Shown here: piece by piece, positions 12,343 through 22,152 of the stretch | How positions within the stretch are numbered: the stretch's first letter is position 1 | How the letters are laid out: each line of letters opens with the position of its first letter | Sequence record: SRR31156797_310 | DNA: 32,112 nucleotides | Strand: one strand, 5' to 3' | The notes under the pieces: generated by a model | The model's database searches: none | What the model saw: only the letters and a program-made list of their open reading frames with translations | Told to the model about the DNA's origin: nothing | Program-made: the position numbers and the translations under genes

Positions 12343-13005
12343 TTAAATTGCGAGAGATTCAAACAGTAGTGAGTCGTCGTGCATGCTTAGCATGACTTTT
12401 TTCTGCCAAAACTCACTTTCAATCTGATCGCTAAGCCAGTAATTTCCAGCAATGGAGACTAGCTCAGCTTGTAAATCGTGACAAATAATTCGTGCTTCTT
12501 TTTGACCACTTGCACCTGCGATAGCTCTGCCTCGCAAAGTTCCGTGTATGTGAATCGAGCCATCAGCAATCACTTCTGCGCCAGCACTCACATGATTCAA
12601 TATCACCAGATCGCCATCTTTGGCATAGACTTGCTGGCCAGAACGTATTGGCGTTGTCACGACTTTTGTCGGTGCCATTTTAGCAGGCGCATTTGTCGGG
12701 GAGTTACTTGCGGTCATTACCGCAAAACCCGCTTCATAAGCTAAGGTTTGGCTGCGTTTGTCTTTGCAGCCTGAAATACCAACAGGGATTAAATTAGCAT
12801 CGCTGATCCCCTGCTTAAGAGCTGGGAAATCAATATCACCATCAACTTTGGCGATGTTAATGACGACAGGCGCATTAGCGAAGAATGCGGGTGCCTGTTC
12901 AATTTTTTGTTTTAGAAATTCTATCGTGTTGGAGATTCGGTTGTCAGAAAGGTGTAAAACTGACAAAGTAAAACTACTACCTTTTAGGTCAGGTGTATTA
13001 GACAT
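12343..13005 (-). CDS. minC: Septum site-determining protein MinC
   Basis: [44 protein letters not shown]. Confidence 0.97.
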   Translation of the reverse strand: MSNTPDLKGSSFTLSVLHLSDNRISNTIEFLKQKIEQAPAFFANAPVVINIAKVDGDIDFPALKQGISDANLIPVGISGCKDKRSQTLAYEAGFAVMTASNSPTNAPAKMAPTKVVTTPIRSGQQVYAKDGDLVILNHVSAGAEVIADGSIHIHGTLRGRAIAGASGQKEARIICHDLQAELVSIAGNYWLSDQIESEFWQKKVMLSMHDDSLLFESLAI

Positions 13006-13205
13006 TGAAACGTTGACCTCATAAACTCTTGGCTACAATAAGAAGAGCGTTGCCTGAGACTAGGGGTATCATGTTATATTCAGTGCCCAAGGTCAGCAAG
13101 TTATCTTGCCGTTAATTAAGTGATTTGGTCGAAGATTTATCGAATCTTGACCGTTTATAGACAAAACCACCATCAGTGTGGGTTATTTACAACAAAAGGC
13201 TCATC

Positions 13206-13484
13206 ATGCTTTGTTCTATCTACAAAAGTTCTAAGAAAGAAGGTACTTATCTTTATATTCCTAAAAGAGATGATTTTTCCCAAGTTCCTGAAGCGTTAAT
13301 GCAAACATTCGGCAAACCTATGTTTGTTATGCTGGTTAATTTGCAATCGCGTCAACTTGCGCAAGTAAATGTGGAAAAAGTCAAAGCCTCGCTTGAGGAA
13401 CAAGGTTTCTTCTTGCAATTACCGCCGCCACCAGAGAATCTATTAGAACAGCATAAAAAACGAAAGACTCAGAACAAATCCTGA
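13206..13484 (+). CDS. ycgL: YcgL domain protein
   Basis: MLCSIYKS.K...YLY...DDFS.VPE.LM..FG.P and GFFLQLPPP; divergent from minC. Confidence 0.9.
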   Translation: MLCSIYKSSKKEGTYLYIPKRDDFSQVPEALMQTFGKPMFVMLVNLQSRQLAQVNVEKVKASLEEQGFFLQLPPPPENLLEQHKKRKTQNKS

Positions 13485-13508
13485 GTACATAAACTCAAGG
13501 AGGCTCAC

Positions 13509-14480
13509 TTGAGAAAATTATTGTCAGTTGTGTTGGGATTAAGTCTTTCTGCGCCAGTTTTGGCTAATGAAGTCAGCTTTGAACAATACGTGGAAGGGTT
13601 AAAACAACAAGCTCGAGAAGAAGGGATTTCAGAGCAAATCTTAACAGCAGCATTCGAGGGGGTAGAATACAAACCTCGTGCTGTGGTAGCAGATCGCAAC
13701 CAACCAGAAAAAAAGCTTACGCTGGATGAATATATTCCTCGAGCGGTGCCGGACTGGAAAGTAAAGCAAGCACGCGTGTTGTATGAAAAACACTATCAAG
13801 AGCTTCGTCTTGTAGGTGAACAATACGGTGTTCAACCTCGTTTTATCGTTGCTTTATGGGGCGTTGAGAGTAATTTCGGTGCTCTGATGGGTAAGTATAG
13901 CGTTATCGATGCTTTATCAACCATGGCTTATGATGGGCGTCGTGAAGCGTTTTTCCGCAAAGAAACCATGGCAGCATTGCAGATTTTGCAACAAGGTCAT
14001 ATCACACCCAATGAGATGAAAGGCTCATGGGCAGGTGCGATGGGGCAGTGTCAGTTCATGCCGAGCTCATTCTTATCTTTTGCTGCTGATGGCAACAATG
14101 ACGGCAAAAAAGATATTTGGGGCAGCAAGGTAGACGTCTTTGCCTCGACCGCCAATTACCTCAGTCAATCCGGTTGGGATGACAAATATACTTGGGGGCG
14201 TCAAGTTAAAGTCCCTAAAGGTATTGATAAGGATCTTGAAGGTCGTCAAGCCGATAAAGGTAAATACTTGCAAGAGTGGAGTGCGTTGGGAGTAACGCGA
14301 TACAACGGCAAGCCTCTTCCTAAGTTGAATGAAGACATTAAAGCTTGGTTGATCATGCCTGATGATGAGAACGGACGTACCTACTTGGTGTACAACAATT
14401 ACAATGTATTAATGAAGTGGAATCGTTCTTACTACTTTGCTTTAGCCGTCAGCCATCTGGCAGACAGAATTATTGAGTAA
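13509..14480 (+). CDS. Lytic murein transglycosylase (MltB/SLT_2 family)
   Basis: Signal peptide, catalytic WGVESNFG, GSWAGAMGQCQFMPSS, EF-hand-like DGNNDGKKD, WNRS..FA. TTG start after AGGAGG. Confidence 0.92.
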   Translation: MRKLLSVVLGLSLSAPVLANEVSFEQYVEGLKQQAREEGISEQILTAAFEGVEYKPRAVVADRNQPEKKLTLDEYIPRAVPDWKVKQARVLYEKHYQELRLVGEQYGVQPRFIVALWGVESNFGALMGKYSVIDALSTMAYDGRREAFFRKETMAALQILQQGHITPNEMKGSWAGAMGQCQFMPSSFLSFAADGNNDGKKDIWGSKVDVFASTANYLSQSGWDDKYTWGRQVKVPKGIDKDLEGRQADKGKYLQEWSALGVTRYNGKPLPKLNEDIKAWLIMPDDENGRTYLVYNNYNVLMKWNRSYYFALAVSHLADRIIE

Positions 14481-14499
14481 TACAATAATTGGATACAGT

Positions 14500-14526
14500 A
14501 AAAAGGGCTCGAAAGAGCCCTTTTTT
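14500..14526. terminator. Bidirectional intrinsic terminator
   Basis: AAAAAGGGCTC-GAAA-GAGCCCTTTTTT between convergent genes. Confidence 0.92.
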
Positions 14527-14533
14527 ATAACAG

Positions 14534-15394
14534 CTATTTTTGGGTGTGGTACTGTTCACACGCGAGCATGGTGTTTTCAATCAAGCTTGCGACCGTCATC
14601 GGGCCAACACCGCCAGGAACAGGGGTAATAAAGCTTGCATTAGTCCGTGCGACGTCGTATTCCACATCACCGACCAATTTGCCGTTATCTAAACGGTTAA
14701 TACCCACATCAACCACGACGGCACCTTCTTTGATCCAGTTGCCAGGAATAAAGTTAGGTTTGCCGACTGCGACAACCACGATGTCAGCCTGACGTACGTG
14801 ACTTTCTAAATCTTTGGTAAAGCGGTGACAGGTCGTTGTAGTACAACCGGCTAGCAGCAGTTCTAACGTCATTGGACGGCCAACAATGTTTGAAGCACCA
14901 ACCACAACCGCGTGTTTACCACGCATTGGAATGTTGTAACGGTCTAAAAGGGTGATGATTCCCTTTGGAGTACAAGAACGTAGTTTTGGAATGCGTTGAG
15001 CTAAACGTCCCACGTTGTATGGATGAAATCCATCAACGTCTTTTTCTGGAATAATACGTTCTAGTATGTGTGTTGAATCGATTCCAGCAGGAAGAGGAAG
15101 CTGGACAAGAATGCCATCGATTTCTGAGTCTTCATTTAACTGGTCAACAAGTGCCAGTAGCTCAGCTTCAGAAGCTGTTGCGGGTAAGTCATACGACTTA
15201 GATACAAAGCCAACTTCTTCACAAGCACGGCGTTTGCTACCGACATATACTTGTGATGCTGGATCTTCACCAACAAGAATCACTGCTAACCCTGGAGCGC
15301 GCAAGCCAGCTTCTGTACGTGCTTTTACACGTGCGGCGACTTCTGAACGCACTGTCTTAGAAATGAGTGTTCCATCAATATTTTGAGCGGTCAT
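14534..15394 (-). CDS. folD: Bifunctional methylene-THF dehydrogenase/cyclohydrolase
   Basis: [44 protein letters not shown]. Confidence 0.98.
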   Translation of the reverse strand: MTAQNIDGTLISKTVRSEVAARVKARTEAGLRAPGLAVILVGEDPASQVYVGSKRRACEEVGFVSKSYDLPATASEAELLALVDQLNEDSEIDGILVQLPLPAGIDSTHILERIIPEKDVDGFHPYNVGRLAQRIPKLRSCTPKGIITLLDRYNIPMRGKHAVVVGASNIVGRPMTLELLLAGCTTTTCHRFTKDLESHVRQADIVVVAVGKPNFIPGNWIKEGAVVVDVGINRLDNGKLVGDVEYDVARTNASFITPVPGGVGPMTVASLIENTMLACEQYHTQK

Positions 15395-15461
15395 GACTTT
15401 CCTTCACATTTATTGCGAAAATTCTGCGCGCATTGTCGCAGATAATTTGAGTAACATCTAT

Positions 15462-15477
15462 AAGCAAACGTTTGCCT
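15462..15477. promoter_or_regulatory. PurR box upstream of folD
   Basis: AAGCAAACGTTTGCCT with palindromic core GCAAACGTTTGC, about 70 nt upstream of folD. Confidence 0.75.
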
Positions 15478-15551
15478 CGATGTGTTTTTCGACAATTTGA
15501 TGATAAGTGGTAAAAATTTAGTCATTTAAATCATAATCTAAGATAAACACA

Positions 15552-15579
15552 TTGATTTACCAACTTTAACTCGTATAAT
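15552..15579 (+). promoter_or_regulatory. Sigma70 promoter of the tRNA gene
   Basis: TTGATT-16 bp-TATAAT, ending 14 nt before the mature tRNA. Confidence 0.75.
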
Positions 15580-15593
15580 CCTCTTCCTGTAGC

Positions 15594-15670
<77 letters not shown>

Positions 15671-15679
15671 TTTATTCTA

Positions 15680-15720
15680 AAGGCCCCGATAGCTCAATGA
15701 GTTATCGGGGCTTTGTCGTT
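15680..15720 (+). terminator. Terminator of the tRNA transcript
   Basis: AGGCCCCGATAGCTC-AAT-GAGTTATCGGGGCTT followed by T-rich sequence. Confidence 0.8.
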
Positions 15721-15944
15721 TCTGCTTAACGTTTATTGATGGTTTGAAAGCGGTGACCCTATCCATTCATTGTCGCTTGGTTACTTATTTTTATAATCTG
15801 CATCAAATAACTGTGTAACAGCAATAGATGGTGGGGAAGGTTATGAGATCGGTTAGGCCGAGAAATAAAGCGCGGTAAGTACGTATTCTCCCGACAATAT
15901 GATGCTATGACTGGTAATGAAAGTGGCTAGTCGGAATCGTATCT

Positions 15945-16817
15945 ATGCTGAAAACGGAATTATTGAAAGTCGGACAAAACGTTGTGTTATTCACCGCAGG
16001 GATCACAGTGCTAGGTCATAGTGAGCATGTGACTGCTGACGTTGAACCAAAGGTTGTTTTGGCAAGCGAATATGAGGCGGGTTTACCGTTAAGCCAGTAT
16101 TGGGTGAGTGAGAAACTTGATGGGATTCGAGCTATCTGGAATGGGCAAGCGTTGCTGACGAGAAAAGGAAAGCGCATTCATGCTCCTCGTTGGTTCATTG
16201 AGATGCTGCCGGATTTTTCCGTCGAAGGCGAACTGTGGGCCGGAAGAGGATTGTTCAATTTAGTCCAGACCACCGTGTTGGATCAAACTCCAGATGAAAA
16301 CGCCTGGGAACAGGTTCGTTTTATGTTATTTGATATCCCGAGAACAGAGAGGTCGTTAAGCTTCGAACAACGCTATCGCCAGTTGGTGCGTTGGGTTGAA
16401 TCGGTTGATGCGAATAACATTGGGTATGTTAAACATGACGCGATAGCGACAGAGCAGGACCTGTTGGCGCAGTTAGATTCTGTAACCAATACTGGTGGTG
16501 AAGGACTCATGCTTCGGCGAGTGGCCAGTCTTTATCGTGCTGGCCGCACCGACGATTTGATTAAAGTGAAAAAACATCAAGATGCTGAAGCCAAGATTAT
16601 TGGCTACAAAGCGGGGACAGGCAAACATCAAGGAAAGATGGGGTCGGTGTTGGTTCAGTTGGAAAATGGACAAACTTTTTACATAGGTTCAGGGTTCACA
16701 GATGAGGAGCGTGAGAACCCACCGTTGATAGGCGATTACATCACCTATCGTTATAACGGATATACCCACAGTGGGTTACCCAGATTTGCTCGTTTTATAA
16801 GAGTCAAACCAGAGTAG
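15945..16817 (+). CDS. Minimal ATP-dependent DNA ligase (LigE type) with a putative signal peptide
   Basis: Motif I SEKLDGIRA, III EGELW, IIIa FMLFD, IV EGLML, V KVK, and an OB domain with GSGFTD and PRF. The N-terminus has a hydrophobic stretch ending VTA. Confidence 0.9.
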   Translation: MLKTELLKVGQNVVLFTAGITVLGHSEHVTADVEPKVVLASEYEAGLPLSQYWVSEKLDGIRAIWNGQALLTRKGKRIHAPRWFIEMLPDFSVEGELWAGRGLFNLVQTTVLDQTPDENAWEQVRFMLFDIPRTERSLSFEQRYRQLVRWVESVDANNIGYVKHDAIATEQDLLAQLDSVTNTGGEGLMLRRVASLYRAGRTDDLIKVKKHQDAEAKIIGYKAGTGKHQGKMGSVLVQLENGQTFYIGSGFTDEERENPPLIGDYITYRYNGYTHSGLPRFARFIRVKPE

Positions 16818-16875
16818 CCAAGATTTTTAACCACAATCGTGGGAATTGGAACCACGAGGTATCCATTAATCGTGA

Positions 16876-17796
16876 TTAGCTGAGTGTGATGCCTAAGAAG
16901 ATCAATGCAATTCCCCACAGGTGATAGATCTGAACGAACTCGCCAAGAAATAGAGCTGACAGTAGAGCACCGAAGACCGGAATCAAATGTACCGATAAGC
17001 TCGCTTTGGCTGGCCCCAATAGTTTTACGCACTGCATGTACAACAAAAATGCGCCAATCGAAGGGACAACCCCGATATAAAGTAAGCTTAAAATTGAGTG
17101 TAAGTTCCAAACTGGTTCTGCACCGGTAGTCACTTCCCATAGGTAAAAAGGCGATAGAATGACGATGGCGATCAGCATTTGTACCGACATGAGCCCTAGT
17201 CGATTCAGTGAAGGTGGTATTTGCTTAAGCCCGATGGTGTAAATCGCCCAGCAAATCATGGCAATAAATATAATGAAATCACCATGATTGACGTTTAATG
17301 CTAGTAAATTGTTCCAATCACCTGCACTGACAATCGTTAAGATACCGCACAATGAGAGCAGTATTCCCACGCTCAGTCGCCAAGTTACAGACAAACCAAA
17401 AAACAGTGCGCCAAATAGACTGATTAGAATAGGAATGAACGCATTGAGAATTGTGCCGTTGGTGGCGGGGGTTGATTGCAGACCAAGATAAATCAGAGAA
17501 TTAAAGGCCGCAAACCCTGTGACAGAGGTAACGAGCGTTAATCGCCAGTTGTGAAGATATTCTCGGTACTCTTTTACGATGATTTTGTATGAAAAAGGCA
17601 AGAGTAAAAGACTAGCGAGAACCCAGCGGGCAAATGACAATGTGATCGGAGGGATCTCGTCACGCACTGCCCTGCCAACAATAAAGTTACCCGCCCAAAA
17701 CAGAGGCGGGAGAAGAAAGAACAGCACAACAACGGCGCGAGTCTCGCCAAATTTACGAATGCCGTTGTTGATACGACTTAACTCAAGAATAGCCAT
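16876..17796 (-). CDS. DMT/EamA-family transporter
   Basis: About 10 hydrophobic segments in two repeats (LFWAGNFIVGR, PPITLSFARW, LGPAKAS, LFLGE). Start uncertain: ATG 17796 or GTG 17727. Confidence 0.85.
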   Translation of the reverse strand: MAILELSRINNGIRKFGETRAVVVLFFLLPPLFWAGNFIVGRAVRDEIPPITLSFARWVLASLLLLPFSYKIIVKEYREYLHNWRLTLVTSVTGFAAFNSLIYLGLQSTPATNGTILNAFIPILISLFGALFFGLSVTWRLSVGILLSLCGILTIVSAGDWNNLLALNVNHGDFIIFIAMICWAIYTIGLKQIPPSLNRLGLMSVQMLIAIVILSPFYLWEVTTGAEPVWNLHSILSLLYIGVVPSIGAFLLYMQCVKLLGPAKASLSVHLIPVFGALLSALFLGEFVQIYHLWGIALIFLGITLS

Positions 17797-18410
17797 ACGC
17801 CCACTGCCATCATTAATGACCCGGAAATACGGTTCATTACCTTCACATTCTGGGTTTTTCCTAGCGCTCGTTTGAGCCCTTTCCCACCAGTTGCATACAA
17901 AGTCATGCAAACGAATTCTGAAACTAAAATGATCGAGACTAAGAAGAGCAGCTGTGGAGTTAAGCTTGCTGACTGGTCGATAAACGGCGGCAGAAGTGAA
18001 ATCATGAATGCCCAGCCTTTAGGGTTGGCAATGGCTGTGATAAAGCCTTGGGCAATCAAATCCCAATTGCTGCCACGATGTTGTTCGGCGTTCTCCACAT
18101 TGATTGCCAGTTTCCCACGCGATAACCACATTTGCACGCCTAGGTAGAACAGGTAGCAAGCACCAATGGATTTTAGAACGGTAAATAGCCAAGGGTAAGT
18201 CAGCATGACGGCAGCAATACCAACCACGGCTGAAACCGAAACCACGGCCACTCCAACCAGTTCGCCGATCATCATCCACAGTGTGCGTTTGTATCCGATA
18301 GTCATGCCCAGTGTTAAAGCGAGAGTCATACACATGCCGGGTGTGATGGATACGAAGAAAAAGGTAGGAATAAACATCCCTAACAACGCGGTGTTCATAA
18401 AGACTTCCAT
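17778..18410 (-). CDS. LysE/RhtB-family translocator
   Basis: SITPG.CM, GACYLFYLG, GFITAIANPK, NRISG motifs. Start at 18410 or 18398. Confidence 0.9.
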   Translation of the reverse strand: MEVFMNTALLGMFIPTFFFVSITPGMCMTLALTLGMTIGYKRTLWMMIGELVGVAVVSVSAVVGIAAVMLTYPWLFTVLKSIGACYLFYLGVQMWLSRGKLAINVENAEQHRGSNWDLIAQGFITAIANPKGWAFMISLLPPFIDQSASLTPQLLFLVSIILVSEFVCMTLYATGGKGLKRALGKTQNVKVMNRISGSLMMAVGVWLFLS

Positions 18411-18479
18411 ATCTTGCTAATAGAAAATCACAATAAGCGTTGCGAGCGAAACGATCAATATTTGTTTGAAGGTGTTCGC

Positions 18480-18504
18480 AAAAAAAGCGCAGCGAGTGCT
18501 GCGC
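18480..18504 (-). terminator. Intrinsic terminator after the GNAT-nitrilase gene
   Basis: Minus strand GCGCAGC-ACTC-GCTGCGC-TTTTTTT. Confidence 0.8.
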
Positions 18505-18527
18505 ATTAGTCATTGTAACTATTAAGG

Positions 18528-20057
18528 TTATTTTGCTTGAGTAAAACCACCATACAGGTCCATACGGCGATGGCGCAGGTTTGTTACAGAACCCTCGGTA
18601 TTAAGTTGCTTAAGCTTGTCCAGGTCGACGTCAGCGAAAATAATCATCTCAGTATTTGGGCTTGCCTCAGTAATGGTTGCATCATGAGGAAAGTAAACAT
18701 CGGATGGTGAGAACACCGCAGATTGGGCATATTGGATATCCACGTTGTCGACACGAGGTAGATTACCCACACTCCCGCCAATAGCAACATAACACTCATT
18801 TTCAATAGCACGTGACTGAGAACAGATACGTACTCGCTGATATCCGTTTTTGGTATCGGTCCAGAATGGAACAAAAACGATTTGAACATCTTGCTCTGCT
18901 AACATACGTCCCAGCTCTGGGAACTCACTATCGTAACAAATCAAAATACCCACTCTGCCAGCATCGGTCTCAAAGACTTCCACCTTATCGCCACCATCTA
19001 TGACCCAGTCGCGTTTTTCGTGCGGGGTGATATGAATTTTCCGTTGTTCATCGATAGTGCCATCACGGTGTAATAGGTAGGAGATGTTGTACAGTACACC
19101 GTCTTCCATTACTGGCATACTACCAGCAATAATATTGATGTTGTACGCCACGGCAAGTTCAGAGAAGCGCAGTTTTATCTGCTCACTGAACGAAGCGAGA
19201 AATCGAATCGCTTCGACACTGTTTTGATCGTTTTTAAGCCCCATTAACGGCGCATTGAAGAACTCTGGGAACAGGGCAAAATCAGCTTGGTAGTTTGACA
19301 AAGAATCAACGAAGAACTCCGCCTGATCCATTAAGTCGTCGACACTGGTTACCGCACGCATCTGCCATTGGATTATGCCAATTCTCACCAGTGTTTTTTC
19401 AATATCATGGATAGAACCAATATCTTCTTCGTAAAAGAAGTTATCCCACTCTAGTAAGGTGGCATAGCCTCGAGAGCTGTCATCTTCGGGAAGGTAACGA
19501 CGCATGATACGTTTGACATCGAAGTCGTTGGAGAGCTGAAAAGAGAGGATTGGGTCGTGAATTTCGCGACGTTTGATCTTTTCTATGTATTCAGTCACAG
19601 GCATGGTATCGGCGTACTTGCCGTACCCGGGAATACGCCCGCCAGCCAATATGGCTTTTAAGTTACTGCTTCGACAGAGTTCTTTTCGCGCGGCATACAG
19701 ACGTCGACCTAATCTTAAACCTCGGTAGTCCGGGTGAACAAACACATCTAGGCCATAGAGAGCATCACCATTGGTTTTGTGTTGAATGACGTTATTTTCG
19801 TTGATGATGTCGGTGTAAACGTGGGGAAGAGAAAAGCGGTTGTAATCAACCTTAATGGTCAGTGCAGCACCAATAATTTTGCCGTCATCTTCAATACATA
19901 TTTGTCCGTCTGGGAACTGGTGAATCAAATCCATGATAGTCATACGAGGCCATGAACCACCTACGTCGTGAAAAACTAAATCCATTAATTCTTCTAATAC
20001 AGGATAGTCACTCTTTTCAATCACGCGCAAGGTAAGGCGGGGGGTTGGATTTCTCAT
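18528..20057 (-). CDS. Bifunctional GNAT N-acetyltransferase / carbon-nitrogen hydrolase
   Basis: N-terminal GNAT with acetyl-CoA motif VHPDYRGLRLGRRL; C-terminal nitrilase fold with a Glu (FPEF), Lys (RKIH), Cys (ICYDSEFPE) triad. Confidence 0.9.
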   Translation of the reverse strand: MRNPTPRLTLRVIEKSDYPVLEELMDLVFHDVGGSWPRMTIMDLIHQFPDGQICIEDDGKIIGAALTIKVDYNRFSLPHVYTDIINENNVIQHKTNGDALYGLDVFVHPDYRGLRLGRRLYAARKELCRSSNLKAILAGGRIPGYGKYADTMPVTEYIEKIKRREIHDPILSFQLSNDFDVKRIMRRYLPEDDSSRGYATLLEWDNFFYEEDIGSIHDIEKTLVRIGIIQWQMRAVTSVDDLMDQAEFFVDSLSNYQADFALFPEFFNAPLMGLKNDQNSVEAIRFLASFSEQIKLRFSELAVAYNINIIAGSMPVMEDGVLYNISYLLHRDGTIDEQRKIHITPHEKRDWVIDGGDKVEVFETDAGRVGILICYDSEFPELGRMLAEQDVQIVFVPFWTDTKNGYQRVRICSQSRAIENECYVAIGGSVGNLPRVDNVDIQYAQSAVFSPSDVYFPHDATITEASPNTEMIIFADVDLDKLKQLNTEGSVTNLRHRRMDLYGGFTQAK

Positions 20058-20313
20058 TCATCCATATCCTTCTATTACTGTACTGCCTTCATACTGGACA
20101 ATTTGCGTTATCAATTCAAGCGGTCATAAGGAAGATACCGATTTTGAACCAAGTTTCAGAACTTTCTGAAATGGGTGAGTAGGGTATCGAGCATGTATAT
20201 AAAGTGTATATGCAATTACGCTGTCACAAAAATTTAATGTGTGCAGATATTGCACAGAATATGAAAATTCATCATATTGTAATTACATTGTCATATTTAT
20301 CGGGGAAAGCATT

Positions 20314-20412
20314 ATGCATCAAGAAATGATCCAACCAAGTATTTTAGGCGTTATTGGCCGCACGCTAGTGTTTTCTCTAGTTGCAGTGGTCAGTGTCTTC
20401 GTTCTTATCTAA
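20314..20412 (+). CDS. Putative 32-aa single-pass membrane small protein, below the ORF-track cutoff
   Basis: GGGGAAAG SD, then ATG...TAA encoding MHQEMIQPSILGVIGRTLVFSLVAVVSVFVLI; followed by a strong terminator. Confidence 0.6.
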   Translation: MHQEMIQPSILGVIGRTLVFSLVAVVSVFVLI

Positions 20413-20430
20413 CTCAACTGCATTATTATC

Positions 20431-20466
20431 AACCCCAGTACCACCATGTGCTACTGGGGTTTTTTA
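20431..20466 (+). terminator. Intrinsic terminator closing the small-ORF unit
   Basis: AACCCCAGTA-CCACCATGTGC-TACTGGGGTT followed by TTTTATT. Confidence 0.85.
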
Positions 20467-20554
20467 TTACCTTCTTTCTCTATTGTTTTATATAACCTAG
20501 TATTTCACTCAGGTATTTGTTAACGTTTTGGCAAATTATAGAGTGAGATGTTTT

Positions 20555-22024
20555 ATGTCGATTTGGGATTCGGTCAGCCTTAGCACCCGTTACAGTGCTT
20601 TACCAAAGTCGTTTTATACTCCTGTTACCCCACAGCCACTGGATGGGACACGTTGGGTAACTTGGAACCGAGATTTGGCACAGCAATTAGGGTTACCAGA
20701 AACTCCAACAGAGGAAATATTACAGGCATTTTCAGGTCAAGCCGTTCCTCAACATTTCTCACCTTTAGCAATGAAATATGCGGGGCATCAGTTCGGTGTT
20801 TATAACCCGGATTTAGGTGACGGTCGTGGTTTGTTACTGGCTGAAATTACCTCACCTCAAGGTGAAACGTTTGATATCCACTTAAAAGGCGCAGGTTTAA
20901 CCCCTTACTCCAGGATGGGGGATGGCCGAGCGGTTCTACGCTCTTCTATACGTGAATATTTGTGTAGTGAGGCGATGGCAGGACTTGATATCGCCACAAC
21001 ACGTGCGTTAGCACTCATGACCAGTGACACGCCAGTTTACCGTGAAAAACAGGAGTATGGTGCACTACTGGTTAGACTCGCAAATAGTCACGTTCGTTTT
21101 GGTCACTTCGAGCACTTCTTTTATAACAACCAACTTGCCGAACTAAAGTTATTAGCAGACAAAGTGATTGAGTGGCATTTTCCTGAATGTTCTGCGCGAG
21201 AAAAGCCCTATGCGGCGATGTTTAATCACATTGTTGACCGTACAGCAAAGATGATTGCTCAGTGGCAAGCCGTTGGTTTTGCTCATGGTGTGATGAACAC
21301 TGATAACATGTCTATTCTGGGTCAAACGTTTGATTATGGTCCGTACGGTTTTCTCGATGATTATGAGCCGGGCTTCATCTGCAACCATTCTGACTATCAG
21401 GGTCGCTATGCGTTCGATCAACAGCCTAGAGTCGCACTTTGGAATTTGTCTGCGTTAGCTCATGCGCTGTCTCCGCTCGTTGAGCGAGAAGAATTAGAGC
21501 AAGCCTTGGGACAGTATGAATCGCAGCTAAATCGATATTTTAGTGATCTTATGCGCGCCAAGCTTGGGTTGTTCACTCTTTTACCGGATGATGGCGCCAT
21601 TTTCGACCAAATGTTTGCTCTGTTGGCTGCAAATAATGTCGATTACACCCGTTTTTTCCGTCAGTTGTCTTCGATTGATATCGAAGGCGAGCAACAAGTG
21701 ATTGACCTGTTTGTTAACCGAGAAGAAGCGAAGCAATGGTTAGAACTCTATTTGCAGCGTTGTCAGCAAGAGTTGGATGAGCATGGGCAAGCGATTGAAG
21801 AAAAAGTACGCTACCAGAAGATGCGTAAAGTGAATCCCAAATACATATTGCGTAACTACTTGGCACAAATTGCCATTGATAAAGCTGAGGGGGGCGATTT
21901 TTCAGAAGTGGAAATTCTGGCTCAACTGCTCAAGCATCCTTTTGATGAACATCCCGAGTTTAAGCATTACGCAAACTTGCCTCCGGAGTGGGGAAAAACC
22001 TTAGAGATCAGCTGTTCGTCTTAA
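20555..22024 (+). CDS. selO: Protein adenylyltransferase SelO (YdiU)
   Basis: [52 protein letters not shown]-terminal SCSS. Start set at ATG 20555. Confidence 0.96.
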   Translation: MSIWDSVSLSTRYSALPKSFYTPVTPQPLDGTRWVTWNRDLAQQLGLPETPTEEILQAFSGQAVPQHFSPLAMKYAGHQFGVYNPDLGDGRGLLLAEITSPQGETFDIHLKGAGLTPYSRMGDGRAVLRSSIREYLCSEAMAGLDIATTRALALMTSDTPVYREKQEYGALLVRLANSHVRFGHFEHFFYNNQLAELKLLADKVIEWHFPECSAREKPYAAMFNHIVDRTAKMIAQWQAVGFAHGVMNTDNMSILGQTFDYGPYGFLDDYEPGFICNHSDYQGRYAFDQQPRVALWNLSALAHALSPLVEREELEQALGQYESQLNRYFSDLMRAKLGLFTLLPDDGAIFDQMFALLAANNVDYTRFFRQLSSIDIEGEQQVIDLFVNREEAKQWLELYLQRCQQELDEHGQAIEEKVRYQKMRKVNPKYILRNYLAQIAIDKAEGGDFSEVEILAQLLKHPFDEHPEFKHYANLPPEWGKTLEISCSS

Positions 22025-22152
22025 GTATCCGAATGAAAATAAGAGAGTGTGATCTTTGCCCGTAATGATTTTAAATTTTGTCGGGTGTTTCCTCTCTCTT
22101 GTGAGATGAGAAGTATAAAATATTTAAATATTTTTTAACATTTGGATAGGTA

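Noticed and set aside
22010-22024. Possible selenocysteine recoding in selO
   Set aside because: The C-terminus is Ser-Cys-Ser-Ser followed by TAA; there is no in-frame TGA.
22048-22063. TGTGATCT CRP half-site upstream of the response regulator
   Set aside because: The second half-site (CCCGT) does not match TCACA.
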